From an uncultured virus (IMG/VR IMGVR_UViG_3300033075_000331) (Duplodnaviria > Heunggongvirae > Uroviricota > Caudoviricetes): 64,000 nucleotides of DNA. The notes under the pieces were generated by a model that saw nothing but the letters and a program-made list of their open reading frames with translations, was not told the DNA's origin and searched no databases. This document shows positions 48,401 through 57,016 of the stretch, one piece after another. The stretch is taken from IMG/VR virus record IMGVR_UViG_3300033075_000331. One strand, 5' to 3'. Positions within the stretch are counted from its first letter, which is position 1. Each line of letters opens with the position of its first letter. The translations under genes and the position numbers were made by a program.

Positions 48401-51055
48401 AGCAGATGCCGTACCTAACAGCGAACCCGTGAACGAACCCGTAAACGATCCAGAATTTGCCGATGCATTGGTTGGTGCATAGGACGCTGTTGCAGGAACA
48501 AACGAAATCGCATTGGCAACCGATGCAGTACCAATCAATGCGCCCGTAAACGAACCAGTGAACGATCCAGAGTTTGCCGATGCATTCGTTGGTGCATAGG
48601 ACGCAGTAGCAGGAACAAATGTGATGCTCGTTGCCGCACTTGCAGTTGTTGCATATGAAGACGTTATGATGCCAGTAATCTGTGCACCATCCCCCTTGAA
48701 CGCAGATGCCGTAACACTCTGTGAGACGTCCAACGAACCAGTGACAGATACAATTGTACCAGCTTCGGACATAATAGAATCGCCAACCACCGACACATTG
48801 GTAAACTTGGTGATTCTACCCGCCGTTCCACCACCCGTTAAACCACCCCCAGTTGTTCCTGCGGTCAATGCATACGATGCAGTTACAGCTTGATAGATGT
48901 ATGATGCTGTAAAAGCATACGAAGCCGTAGGAGGAATTGAAGACAACGCGTCGGCAACAGAAGCCGTTCCCAATAATGAGCCTGTAAACGAACCCGTAAA
49001 CGAACCGCTTGTGGTGACACCAGATGAATTCAATGCATACGAAGCGGTTGCTGCGTATGACGCAGTAGCAGGAACAAATGTGATACTATCCGCAGCAGAT
49101 GCCGTGATAGCAACACTCGAAGTTCCAAATAGAGAGCCAGTGAACGAGCCCGTAAATGATCCACTTGGGGTTACACCAGATGAATTCAATGCATATGATG
49201 CAGTGATCGAATACGACGCGGTGATCGGAGTAAACGTTAGGCTATTAGCAGCACTTGCTGTAATGGCAACGCTAGACGTTCCAAGTAGAGAACCAGTGAA
49301 CGATCCAGTGAACGACCCGCTGTTAGCAGACGCATTCGTTGGCGCATAAGATGCGGTCAGTGCATTTGGTGTGTAGGATGCGGTAGCAGGAACAAATGTG
49401 ATGCTCGTTGCTGCCGATGCCGTACCGAATAATGAGCCAGTGAACGAACCCGTAAATGAACCGGAGTTGGCCGATGCATTCGTTGGTGCATAGGATGCAG
49501 TTTCTGGGATGAATGAAATGGCGTTAGCAACAGATGCGGTGCCGACTAAAAGCCCCGTGAACGATCCTGTGAATGAACCAGAGTTTGCCGATGCATTCGT
49601 TGGTGCATAGGATGCAGTAATAATACCCGTAATTTGTGCACCATCACCTTTGAATGCCGATGCGGTAACACTTTGTGAGACGTCAAGCGATCCAGTTACA
49701 GAAACGGTCGATCCGGCCTCTGTGATAAGAGAATCACCAAGGACCGATACGTTTGTAAACTTAGCAATTCGCCCAGTTGATCCACCACCCGTCAATCCAC
49801 CACCCGTCGTTCCAGCCGTGAGAGCATACGACGCGGTTACTGCTTGGTAAATGTACGACGCAGTAAAGGCATATGATGCGGTAGGCGGAATTGAAGACAA
49901 TGCATTGGCAACCGACGCAGTTCCCAGCAACGAACCAGTAAATGATCCGGTGAAAGAACCACTTGGGGTTAGTCCGGATGAATTCAATGCATACGATGCG
50001 GTTGTGGAGTATGATGCTGTCGCAGGAGTAAACGTTAGGCTATTTGCGGCGGAAGCCGTGACGGCAACGCTAGCTGTACCCAATAATGAACCGCTAAATG
50101 AACCCGTGAATGAACCAGAGTTAGCCGATGCGTTTGTAGGAGCGTAGGATGCGGTAGCCGGAACGAATGAAATTGCATTCGCTACGGATGCGGTGCCTAA
50201 CAACGAACCAGTTAGCGATCCGCTGAATGATCCGGAATTGGCCGATGGATTGGTTGGAGCATAGGATGCGGTGGCCGGAACAAATGTGATGCTGGTAGCG
50301 GCAGATGCCGTAATAGCAACAGATGCGGTTCCTAGCACCGATCCCGTTAATGATCCAGAGAACGACCCGGAGTTAGCCGATGCGTTTGTTGGTGCATACG
50401 AAGCCGTAGCAGGAACAAATGAGATTGCATTGGCAACAGATGCTGTTCCGATTAACGTTCCGGTAAACGTTCCATTATATGATCCTGTTCTATCGGTAGG
50501 TGCATATGCCGATGATATTGCATACGATGCGGTCGCAGGAGTAAACGATAGCGCGTTTGCAACTCCCGCCACATTGGCAAATGATGACGTACCAGTTAAT
50601 GACCCACTATATGATCCAGTGTATACGGCAGATTGAATTGGTGCGTACGAAGCTGTACGAGCTAATGGCGCATACGATGCCGTTGCCGGAATAAACGAGA
50701 TTGCGTTAGCGACGGACGCCGTTCCCAACAACGATCCTGTGAATGATCCAGTGTGCGATCCAGATTTGTTTGTTGGTGCATATGCTGATGAAAACGCAAA
50801 CGACGCCGTTACCGGAATAAACGATAACGACGATGCAGTATACGCGAGTGAAGCTGTACGAGCCATCACCGCATCTGAGATTTCTCCAAGAGCAACCGCA
50901 GCAAAATCGGCATATGCAGATGACATAGCATATGACGATGTGGTATTGAGGGTTTTAACAGATATTGGCGTCTGTGGGTTGGTTCCACTGACAATACGAG
51001 TTGTAGTATCCTGTGAAGTTACAACAACTCTGATATAAGGAGGTTGCGAAGACAT
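45428..51055 (-). CDS. large repeat-rich tail fibre-like protein (1875 aa)
   Basis: Dozens of GSFTGSFTGSL / TASYA modules, four copies of a GG.T..GR.KFT...GDS...SQSVTASAFKGDGAQ unit, and two copies of an RQIQFPSG...YDIY domain. Confidence 0.7.
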   Translation of the reverse strand: MSSQPPYIRVVVTSQDTTTRIVSGTNPQTPISVKTLNTTSSYAMSSAYADFAAVALGEISDAVMARTASLAYTASSLSFIPVTASFAFSSAYAPTNKSGSHTGSFTGSLLGTASVANAISFIPATASYAPLARTASYAPIQSAVYTGSYSGSLTGTSSFANVAGVANALSFTPATASYAISSAYAPTDRTGSYNGTFTGTLIGTASVANAISFVPATASYAPTNASANSGSFSGSLTGSVLGTASVAITASAATSITFVPATASYAPTNPSANSGSFSGSLTGSLLGTASVANAISFVPATASYAPTNASANSGSFTGSFSGSLLGTASVAVTASAANSLTFTPATASYSTTASYALNSSGLTPSGSFTGSFTGSLLGTASVANALSSIPPTASYAFTASYIYQAVTASYALTAGTTGGGLTGGGSTGRIAKFTNVSVLGDSLITEAGSTVSVTGSLDVSQSVTASAFKGDGAQITGIITASYAPTNASANSGSFTGSFTGLLVGTASVANAISFIPETASYAPTNASANSGSFTGSFTGSLFGTASAATSITFVPATASYTPNALTASYAPTNASANSGSFTGSFTGSLLGTSSVAITASAANSLTFTPITASYSITASYALNSSGVTPSGSFTGSFTGSLFGTSSVAITASAADSITFVPATASYAATASYALNSSGVTTSGSFTGSFTGSLLGTASVADALSSIPPTASYAFTASYIYQAVTASYALTAGTTGGGLTGGGTAGRITKFTNVSVVGDSIMSEAGTIVSVTGSLDVSQSVTASAFKGDGAQITGIITSSYATTASAATSITFVPATASYAPTNASANSGSFTGSFTGALIGTASVANAISFVPATASYAPTNASANSGSFTGSFTGSLLGTASAADSITFTPPTASYAVTASYALNSSTFNPTGSFTGSFTGSLLGTASAAASITFTPPTASYAVTASYALNSTAFNPTGSFTGSFTGSLLGTASYVSALSPNSTLVNPIVSQSLTLSGSAVNYGVTLGDVAGTVPLDIRRAAVYSMRLTGSATMSYTNVAPHSNFTLEVRQDDTGSRQIQFPSGTVYPLGYQTSGSLLANEYDIYTIYYDGINFYTANFNIYGVTTASYALQAITASYALNSSGVTPTGSFTGSFTGSLLGTSSYATTASAATSITFTPVTSSYAVTASYALNASVAATTTGSFTGSFTGSLLGTAKFLGNVTIDSGALTVTSAGAQSNIFGDSLGDSHIFTGSVLVTGSANIPSITGSLLGSSSYAPYSLTASYALSAGTTGGGVTGTGTSGRITKFTSINAIGDSIMAEAGSIVSITGSLDVSQSVTASAFKGDGAQVTGIVTSSFATTASYALNASTFNPTGSFTGSFTGSLLGSITLNNTPVSQSLIVSGTVVNYRKNLGPASGSTTIDLRESSAFTMVLTGSTTMSYVNAIPGVGYVFEIRQDTSGSRQIQFPSGTIYPLGYQTSGSLAANEYDIYTMYYDGVNFYTTNFNVYGISTASYALQAITASYALNASSFNPTGSFLGGFTGSLQGSSSYALTASYALNASVASTTSGSFTGSFTGSFKTTGNFVIDTGSFSVTSAGAQANIFGDSSGDQHIFTGSILVTGSASIPSITGSMLGTSSYAPYALTASYALSAGATGGGVAGSGTSGKLTKFTSAASIGDSIVTETGTVLHVSGNLNVSQSITGSAFKGDGAQITGILTSSYAITASYALNSTAFNPTGSFTGSFTGSLLGTASYVSNAGLLNNKNDATFATTGSNTFRVAQNISGSLTLVDVVYISGSRLTVGAGVTSLVSVNSSLYDASHFDYVVKNGGNLRTGVVMAVWSASVVSYNDHSTADIGSTTDMQFFVSASGGFAQLFSSASSAGYQIKVVARTI
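45428..51055. repeat. degenerate coding repeats (shared with 39290..41791)
   Basis: Recurrent gaacccgtaaacgaaccagtgaacgatcc- and gcatacgatgc-like units with third-position variation. Confidence 0.8.
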
Positions 51056-51067
51056 TAAGTTCTCTGG

Positions 51068-51424
51068 TTACACATCAGTCACGCCCAAATCAACGTTCAC
51101 CTGTCCCTCAATAATTCGGTATACTTCCAAAGGTGTAACTGCCATATTTGTGGCAATTATATCGTATACATATTTCTTTCTGGTCAACAGTGCGCTCTGA
51201 TATGGCGTAAGGGTTATTCTTACGGTTGCATTTGGTACGCTAGTAACCGAGCAACTAAAGTGGGTAACTTCTACCGGGGAAGCTACGCTTTCTTTTATCG
51301 ATCCGCTAAATGACCAACTGGTAATATCGATAGCACTTCCAGACTGATCCGTTAATTGAAGTGTGGTATCGAAAGTAGCGTTTTGCAACACGCACAAATC
51401 TATCGTAGGATATTCACAGGCCAT
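51068..51424 (-). CDS. fibre attachment / BppU-N-like adaptor protein
   Basis: QNATFDTTLQL.D.SGSAIDIT...ITLT..QSALL...YVYDI...RIIEGQV pattern. Confidence 0.6.
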   Translation of the reverse strand: MACEYPTIDLCVLQNATFDTTLQLTDQSGSAIDITSWSFSGSIKESVASPVEVTHFSCSVTSVPNATVRITLTPYQSALLTRKKYVYDIIATNMAVTPLEVYRIIEGQVNVDLGVTDV

Positions 51425-51443
51425 TCATAATCTCCAAAAGCAC

Positions 51444-52343
51444 TCATTTCAATAAATAGGTCGTTTCCGATAGTAATTGCAGAATTTTGTTCAACCCGTC
51501 TTCGATTTCATCTTCCCATATGATTAGCAGTGATATGTTGTTAGCCCTGCACCATTCCGCCTTCTTTTCATCATTCCGAATATTACGTACTTGACATTTG
51601 TACTTTGGAATTTCGTGCACAGTTCCCGGCTTACAATGCCAATAATTTCCGTGAACTTCTACTAAGAAATACGTACCATCTGGTTTGGGAATGTAGAAAT
51701 CATAGAGCGATTTGATTTCTCGTACATAATGTTGAGTGTGGAAATTTATGTTTGCTGCCATTAGTTGATTTTCAAGCTTTGTTTCTAACTTAGATCGTAT
51801 GGCCCATCCGTTAGAAGTTATCATCAACATTCTCGTATTGGATTGTCGTTCCCTAAGTTCTGGATTTTCCCACGCTTTCTTTATGCCTTTGCGAGAATTG
51901 GCCTTATGGCTTTCACTCTTTGGGACGCCAGTAAGTGCCTTAGAAATAGCGAGTCCTCGTTCCTTGTTATTGCGAGTTTTGTCGGCAATGCGTTTGAAGC
52001 GTTCTATTGTTTCTTCCGTGTTTTCTAGTTGCCATACGCGATATTCACCGTTCTTAAATTTTTCCTTTCTAGCCTTTGAAATAGATCGCTTGGTAGTTTC
52101 TGTGTGATTCTTTCCTGCCATCGAATTGGCAACTTTAGAATTGTGTCCACTGACATAATCCATGAATCCACTTGCATGAAATTTGGTTGGTGTACCACAC
52201 CCACATTTGCATAGCGGCACTACACCATCGTGAAAATATGTTATGCGAGCAGATACGCGATCTACGCCATGTGCATTTTTTACATGTCGAGCAATCGATA
52301 AATAAGAATCATACGATACATCACACCACTTACATTGATACAT
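51444..52343 (-). CDS. free-standing homing endonuclease (Zn fingers, NUMOD3-like repeats, C-terminal Vsr/DUF559-like PD-(D/E)xK domain)
   Basis: CKWC..H, CKCGCG, GKNHTETTKRSIS, SKLE, YDFYI, EVHGNYWH and LLIIWE motifs; start at ATG 52343 after GAGGA. Confidence 0.8.
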   Translation of the reverse strand: MYQCKWCDVSYDSYLSIARHVKNAHGVDRVSARITYFHDGVVPLCKCGCGTPTKFHASGFMDYVSGHNSKVANSMAGKNHTETTKRSISKARKEKFKNGEYRVWQLENTEETIERFKRIADKTRNNKERGLAISKALTGVPKSESHKANSRKGIKKAWENPELRERQSNTRMLMITSNGWAIRSKLETKLENQLMAANINFHTQHYVREIKSLYDFYIPKPDGTYFLVEVHGNYWHCKPGTVHEIPKYKCQVRNIRNDEKKAEWCRANNISLLIIWEDEIEDGLNKILQLLSETTYLLK

Positions 52344-52389
52344 AAAATCCTCTTCGTTGTGTATGGGAATACATAGCGAAGAGGATTTT
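52344..52389 (-). promoter_or_regulatory. RBS-sequestering hairpin upstream of the homing endonuclease
   Basis: AAAATCCTCTTCG...CGAAGAGGATTTT 13-bp perfect stem ending immediately before the ATG. Confidence 0.75.
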
Positions 52390-52425
52390 GAAAATGCAAT
52401 CAGACCATAGCATTCTAACAAATTT

Positions 52426-52914
52426 CTAATAATTGAGCACGCAGTAGTCGGGCTGTAATGTAAGTGAAATTTCCAAAGGATCATCCGTGCTCCAATCCGC
52501 ATCACCCCAGTTGATTTCGGTGATAATACAGCCCTTCAAAATCCACTCTTCAACCTTGTCACCGACCGGACCAAGCATGTTGATGATAATGTCTTTCTTG
52601 TAAAAGTCCGCATATCCGTCACGACCTGTTACTGATTCGTGGTGGAGACGAAGCCATTCAATGACGGCTTGTGCACCCGATGGCGCAACAGGATCATATA
52701 ATGACAACTGCACGGTTCCCCACTTGGACTTCCCCTTAACGTAACGCGAGACGTTGATGTGTGGAAGTTCCTTTTGTTCTTGTTGAATGGTAGGACGAGC
52801 TATCTTGCGAATCAAATATGAAGGAATACCGTCAATATACATGAGGTATCGATTCTTCATCTTAGGTTCGAATTGTGTGAAAAATATCTCGTTTTCTGCT
52901 ACTAGATTTGCCAT
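52426..52914 (-). CDS. tail tube protein (gp19-like)
   Basis: FEPK.KNRY, YDPVAPSGAQAV.EW, GPVGDKVEEW; directly after the sheath gene. Confidence 0.88.
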   Translation of the reverse strand: MANLVAENEIFFTQFEPKMKNRYLMYIDGIPSYLIRKIARPTIQQEQKELPHINVSRYVKGKSKWGTVQLSLYDPVAPSGAQAVIEWLRLHHESVTGRDGYADFYKKDIIINMLGPVGDKVEEWILKGCIITEINWGDADWSTDDPLEISLTLQPDYCVLNY

Positions 52915-53004
52915 GTATATTCTCCAAAATGGTCCTGCGACCAAAATGTCTCGCTTATACATATCATGGTTCGCAGATTAATTTCAACTTTTATCGGTAC
53001 AATA

Positions 53005-53047
53005 GAAGCGCCCATCACGAATAAGGTGTATCCATGATGGGCGCTTC
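53005..53047 (-). terminator. stem-loop after the sheath gene (terminator or processing site)
   Basis: GAAGCGCCCATCA...TGATGGGCGCTTC stem with only a weak U-tract. Confidence 0.55.
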
Positions 53048-53059
53048 CAAATCATTCAC

Positions 53060-55396
53060 TTACGCCGGGAATGTAGCTCCGGTTGGAAGAATGTTGAAGT
53101 CAAGGGTGATGAATTCAGCAGTCTTCGCAGGTTGCAAGTACAACTGACCAACCAAGATGTTACGGTCAATAATGTCAGGAGTGTTGTTGCTTTCGTCCAT
53201 GATTACACGGAATGCATACAAACCGGAACGTTCTTGAACCGATGCGAGGTATGGGTTGACGATGGAGAGGAATCGGTTACGGGTTGCCTCGACATTCTGT
53301 TCGAAGACGAGATAACGCGACGTAGACGCAATGAACTTCTTCACGACGATCAAGAGACGACGAACGTTGATACGATCCAATGCGGATGCATTCTGTTGCA
53401 ACGTCTTCTGACCCCAAACCACGATGCCCTGTGCTGGGAATGACGCAATTGGGTTAACGCGACCTTCATACAAATCGTTACGGTTCGATTGATCGAGACG
53501 TGAACGTACTTGCAACGCTTCCCCAATACCACCACGATTCAATCCGGCTGGTGCATACCATTCGGCGGCTACACGATCATTGAACGCATAGACCCCCGGC
53601 ATGACAACAGAAGGTGGAACCCAAATGGTCTTGTTTGATTCCTTATCACGAACCTTTACCCATGGGTGATAGGTTCCGGCATAGCTTGTATCCAAATCTT
53701 CAACTGCGTTGGTAGCTGCCGACACAGTAGCTCCAAGTACATCACCGTCGAGAATGTAGAAACAATCTCCTCGGTTTTCGCACATGTTGATACCTTCGGT
53801 CGCGACATACACGTGTTGACTGTAAACAACACCCGGCATTACAAGCAAGTTGATATCGAATGCATCAGGATTTGCCAATGCATCAATACCACGCTTGTAT
53901 GCTCGTGCACCATCGCTCGTGGAATCTGACAAATCAAATCCCATCGTGTTGCTGTTGGTGATCGACGCGCCAGTATACGTGAGACGCGCAGGGTTAAATC
54001 CATCGAATCCACCTTGGAATGGAACCGTGAACTTACGAAGTGATGTTGCGGTTGAACCAGTGATATCACCGTCAACTGCTGCAATTGTCGTAAGCAAGTC
54101 GAATCCACTGTCAGCCGTATTGATTGGCGTAATACCAACGTGAGCCGATGAACCTGATGGAATTGGAGCCAAATATGACAAGTTGGTATCTTCGTCAAAG
54201 TTGAATCCGTAGTACGTGCGATTGTTCGAAATTGCCGTAGTTGCGCCGACAGGAATGCTGTAGCGCGTCGTGACATATTCCGGTGCAGGAACATCTACAC
54301 GATTGATTGGCGGTGCCAACGGTGCAAATCCATATGGCAATGCTTCTACCGGGACCGCATCCGAGTTATCGTCCATTTCGATGTAAATGTACTGCGAGTT
54401 ATTTGGCCAATCGCCTTCCAAGTAAATGTCGCCATTTGCATCGATGATCGTACGAGCCGAGCCGATACGACGCGCAACATAGTTTGGAGACGTTGGGTCA
54501 AGTGTCAAGTTGTCGAATTGTTCCAAGACGTTGGTCTTTGCATCGGTATCGTCAAATGCACGAACCAACACAGAGAACGTACCATAATCACCCGCAACAG
54601 TGGCAGGGCGAATGGACGCAATAGAAATCTTGACATCCTTGTTTGCGGCATTACCATCGGAAAGCGTCCAGAACTTGAACAAGTTGAAACGCTGACTTCC
54701 GATCAATTGTGAACGGATGAATGGAGTTGCGGCATTGGAATATGTACCATATGTCGTGCCACTCAAGTTCAATTCACCAGTTGCCAATGCAAGATTGACC
54801 GAACCCGAGCCAACCAACGAACCAGAATTGAGAGTCGTTGCGGTTGGGAACACAGCATACACATATCCTTGCTGCGTGGTTTCTGGATCGGTTCCCAATA
54901 CTTTTGCGAAGTAGTTGGTGCTCGTTTCTACAACGGACAAGCCAGAATGCGTCACACTTCCTAATGCACCAGAGAGTGTCAAGGTGAAATTCGTTGGCGT
55001 ACCCGAAATAGAAGCTGTAGGCAATGTAACACCCACTTTGCTTGGGTGAATAAGTGCGAGGGTAGCGGGTACTGATCCAGCGGCGCCAGAAAGTGACAAC
55101 ACGACCGACTTTGCCGCAGTTGAGCTATATCCCCCAAGACCCAATACACGAACGATGGTTGCGCGTGATGCTTCCTGTAGGTAACTCTGCACAGCATATG
55201 GGGTGTACATATCAGGATCAGTTCCACCAAACTGTCTTGCAAACTCTTCCTGACTTTCTACAATAACTGGACGAAATGCTGGTCCCTTTTCAGTTGGACC
55301 AATAAATGCCGCTCCGATTTCCGCAATTCCTTGAGGAAGGAAGGACAAATCTCGCTCTTGGGTGAATACTCCGGGTGATACTAATCTTTCAGCCAT
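53060..55396 (-). CDS. contractile tail sheath protein (gp18-like)
   Basis: VSPGVFTQE.D, WYAPAGLNRG, LYEGRVNPI, WGQKTL, RINVRRL and P.KTAEFI motifs. Confidence 0.95.
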   Translation of the reverse strand: MAERLVSPGVFTQERDLSFLPQGIAEIGAAFIGPTEKGPAFRPVIVESQEEFARQFGGTDPDMYTPYAVQSYLQEASRATIVRVLGLGGYSSTAAKSVVLSLSGAAGSVPATLALIHPSKVGVTLPTASISGTPTNFTLTLSGALGSVTHSGLSVVETSTNYFAKVLGTDPETTQQGYVYAVFPTATTLNSGSLVGSGSVNLALATGELNLSGTTYGTYSNAATPFIRSQLIGSQRFNLFKFWTLSDGNAANKDVKISIASIRPATVAGDYGTFSVLVRAFDDTDAKTNVLEQFDNLTLDPTSPNYVARRIGSARTIIDANGDIYLEGDWPNNSQYIYIEMDDNSDAVPVEALPYGFAPLAPPINRVDVPAPEYVTTRYSIPVGATTAISNNRTYYGFNFDEDTNLSYLAPIPSGSSAHVGITPINTADSGFDLLTTIAAVDGDITGSTATSLRKFTVPFQGGFDGFNPARLTYTGASITNSNTMGFDLSDSTSDGARAYKRGIDALANPDAFDINLLVMPGVVYSQHVYVATEGINMCENRGDCFYILDGDVLGATVSAATNAVEDLDTSYAGTYHPWVKVRDKESNKTIWVPPSVVMPGVYAFNDRVAAEWYAPAGLNRGGIGEALQVRSRLDQSNRNDLYEGRVNPIASFPAQGIVVWGQKTLQQNASALDRINVRRLLIVVKKFIASTSRYLVFEQNVEATRNRFLSIVNPYLASVQERSGLYAFRVIMDESNNTPDIIDRNILVGQLYLQPAKTAEFITLDFNILPTGATFPA

Positions 55397-55419
55397 ACTT
55401 TTTTCTCCCTAAAGGATTG

Positions 55420-55686
55420 CTACGGGGTATCTGGAATGAAATCGCCTGTTGTTAGGTCAATTGCGCCAGCGGAACCGAATTGTTGTTGTAATGTTGTAAC
55501 AACCGCTTGTCTTTCATTTTCTAAATCATCTAGTGCTGCATCAACTTGCTTCAATTCAATCTCTACAAGTTTCTTTTGATAATGTAACTCACCAAAACGC
55601 TTTGTTAGTGCTTCCCAATTTTCAGCCAATGCTCGCAGCTTCGCGATATCTTCTGGTGATGCCTTTTGTGGTGCATTTTCCGACAT
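55420..55686 (-). CDS. small coiled-coil protein
   Basis: 88 aa ORF with AAGGAGG SD and the promoter-like motif upstream. Confidence 0.65.
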   Translation of the reverse strand: MSENAPQKASPEDIAKLRALAENWEALTKRFGELHYQKKLVEIELKQVDAALDDLENERQAVVTTLQQQFGSAGAIDLTTGDFIPDTP

Positions 55687-55771
55687 GTGACCTCCTTTAT
55701 ATTGCGCCTATAAATAGTTGGTTTTTGATTCAAAATAGGCAAATCCCATAACTATCACGCATCTCAACTTT

Positions 55772-56566
55772 CTATTCTATTTTGCTCACCGCTTCGACCA
55801 TCGTGACGACCTTCTTCACTGTGTACAAGTTGGTATTGGTAGAGGCGAGCTTAAAGTTCTTGACCATGCGTTCCGGTAGTAAATATGCCCCAACTTTCAT
55901 GGTGAATACCTTGCGAATGACACGATCCTCGGTAGATGGAAGTGTGGATTCATTCTGGTATTCGTCAATGGATACTCTGAATTTGAAGGTATTTCTATTT
56001 CCCCAATATTCATATGCTTCCGTATTGATTTGTTCCAACAACATGTCCATCTGTTCTTGCAATTCCGTCCAGATAAATACCTCGTATGTCAAATCGATAT
56101 AATCGGGTACTATGACATTGCGAATTTGCTGCGATGGACGGACATGATTCAATACCGCAAACTTGTCATATACATTTCGTGAATTCCATCCGGTTGTCAT
56201 TGATGTATACAAATACTTGTTGCTTGGATTATTCAGTATATTTCGCTTTTCTTCTGTTCTGCGAAGTACGATCAATGGAGTTACCAATCGATCATTATGT
56301 TCATCTCGGATAGCCCCAAATTTGGTAATACTTGCCCATCGTTCCGGGCTACCATATACAACCGGAACCTCAACCCGTTCGTCATTTCGAATGATGGTGG
56401 GCTGAATGATTTGTGTCAAATACGTCATGATTCCGTCATTGATTGTCTCAAGTGTGACGGTCAATTCAGGGGAATTCCCTTCCGTAAATCTTGTATCGTA
56501 CCCCCGATTCGTACTTCCGAGTTGTGGAGGCACTACTCCAATGGCATTTGGATCAATATCACTCAT
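55772..56566 (-). CDS. tail terminator / sheath stabiliser (gp15-like)
   Basis: VPVVYGSPERW, P.I.LRR and VPDYIDLTYE motifs; synteny. Confidence 0.7.
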   Translation of the reverse strand: MSDIDPNAIGVVPPQLGSTNRGYDTRFTEGNSPELTVTLETINDGIMTYLTQIIQPTIIRNDERVEVPVVYGSPERWASITKFGAIRDEHNDRLVTPLIVLRRTEEKRNILNNPSNKYLYTSMTTGWNSRNVYDKFAVLNHVRPSQQIRNVIVPDYIDLTYEVFIWTELQEQMDMLLEQINTEAYEYWGNRNTFKFRVSIDEYQNESTLPSTEDRVIRKVFTMKVGAYLLPERMVKNFKLASTNTNLYTVKKVVTMVEAVSKIE

Positions 56567-57015
56567 GCTTTAGGTCGCTCTAGTTGAAATGCTGACTTGT
56601 TCGTCAAATGCGCCTGACAGACAATCGCGTGATTATATAGTACACGTCCTGCCCAATACTGCGCATCAATTGCCGTGTTGATTTCATAGTATTGCGAATC
56701 GAATTCTATGATATCTCCCATTCCCGGCGCCAAATTTACTTCACGTAATTTATCGCGTAGAAATGCTGCTTCGATAGTTTGCGCAATGCTCACGTTATCC
56801 ATCTGTTCTACTGCTTGCTGATTATCAATGCTTAACATACAGGGTATGGTAATACCGGGTAGCCAAGTTTTCTTTGCCGCTTCCCCATAGCTATTCGTGA
56901 CCGTCTTTCCGGTGTGCATTTTATACAAAATCACCGGAGTATCCATAACTTCATTGATCAATTCATGATTTAAATGCAACATAGTTGCATAATCTCTAGG
57001 ATGTGTAAATCGCAT
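56563..57015 (-). CDS. neck / head-closure protein (gp14-like)
   Basis: N.YGEA..K and P..GDII...YYEI motifs; synteny. Confidence 0.7.
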   Translation of the reverse strand: MRFTHPRDYATMLHLNHELINEVMDTPVILYKMHTGKTVTNSYGEAAKKTWLPGITIPCMLSIDNQQAVEQMDNVSIAQTIEAAFLRDKLREVNLAPGMGDIIEFDSQYYEINTAIDAQYWAGRVLYNHAIVCQAHLTNKSAFQLERPKA

Positions 57016-57016
57016 A

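Noticed and set aside
39290..51055. CRISPR array or non-coding tandem repeats
   Set aside because: The repeats are degenerate at third codon positions, lie in frame within long ORFs, and have no constant repeat/unique spacer pattern.
51444..52914. Group I intron interrupting the tail tube gene
   Set aside because: The tube gene appears complete (ends DYCVLNY-stop) and there is no room for intron core elements; the endonuclease looks free-standing.
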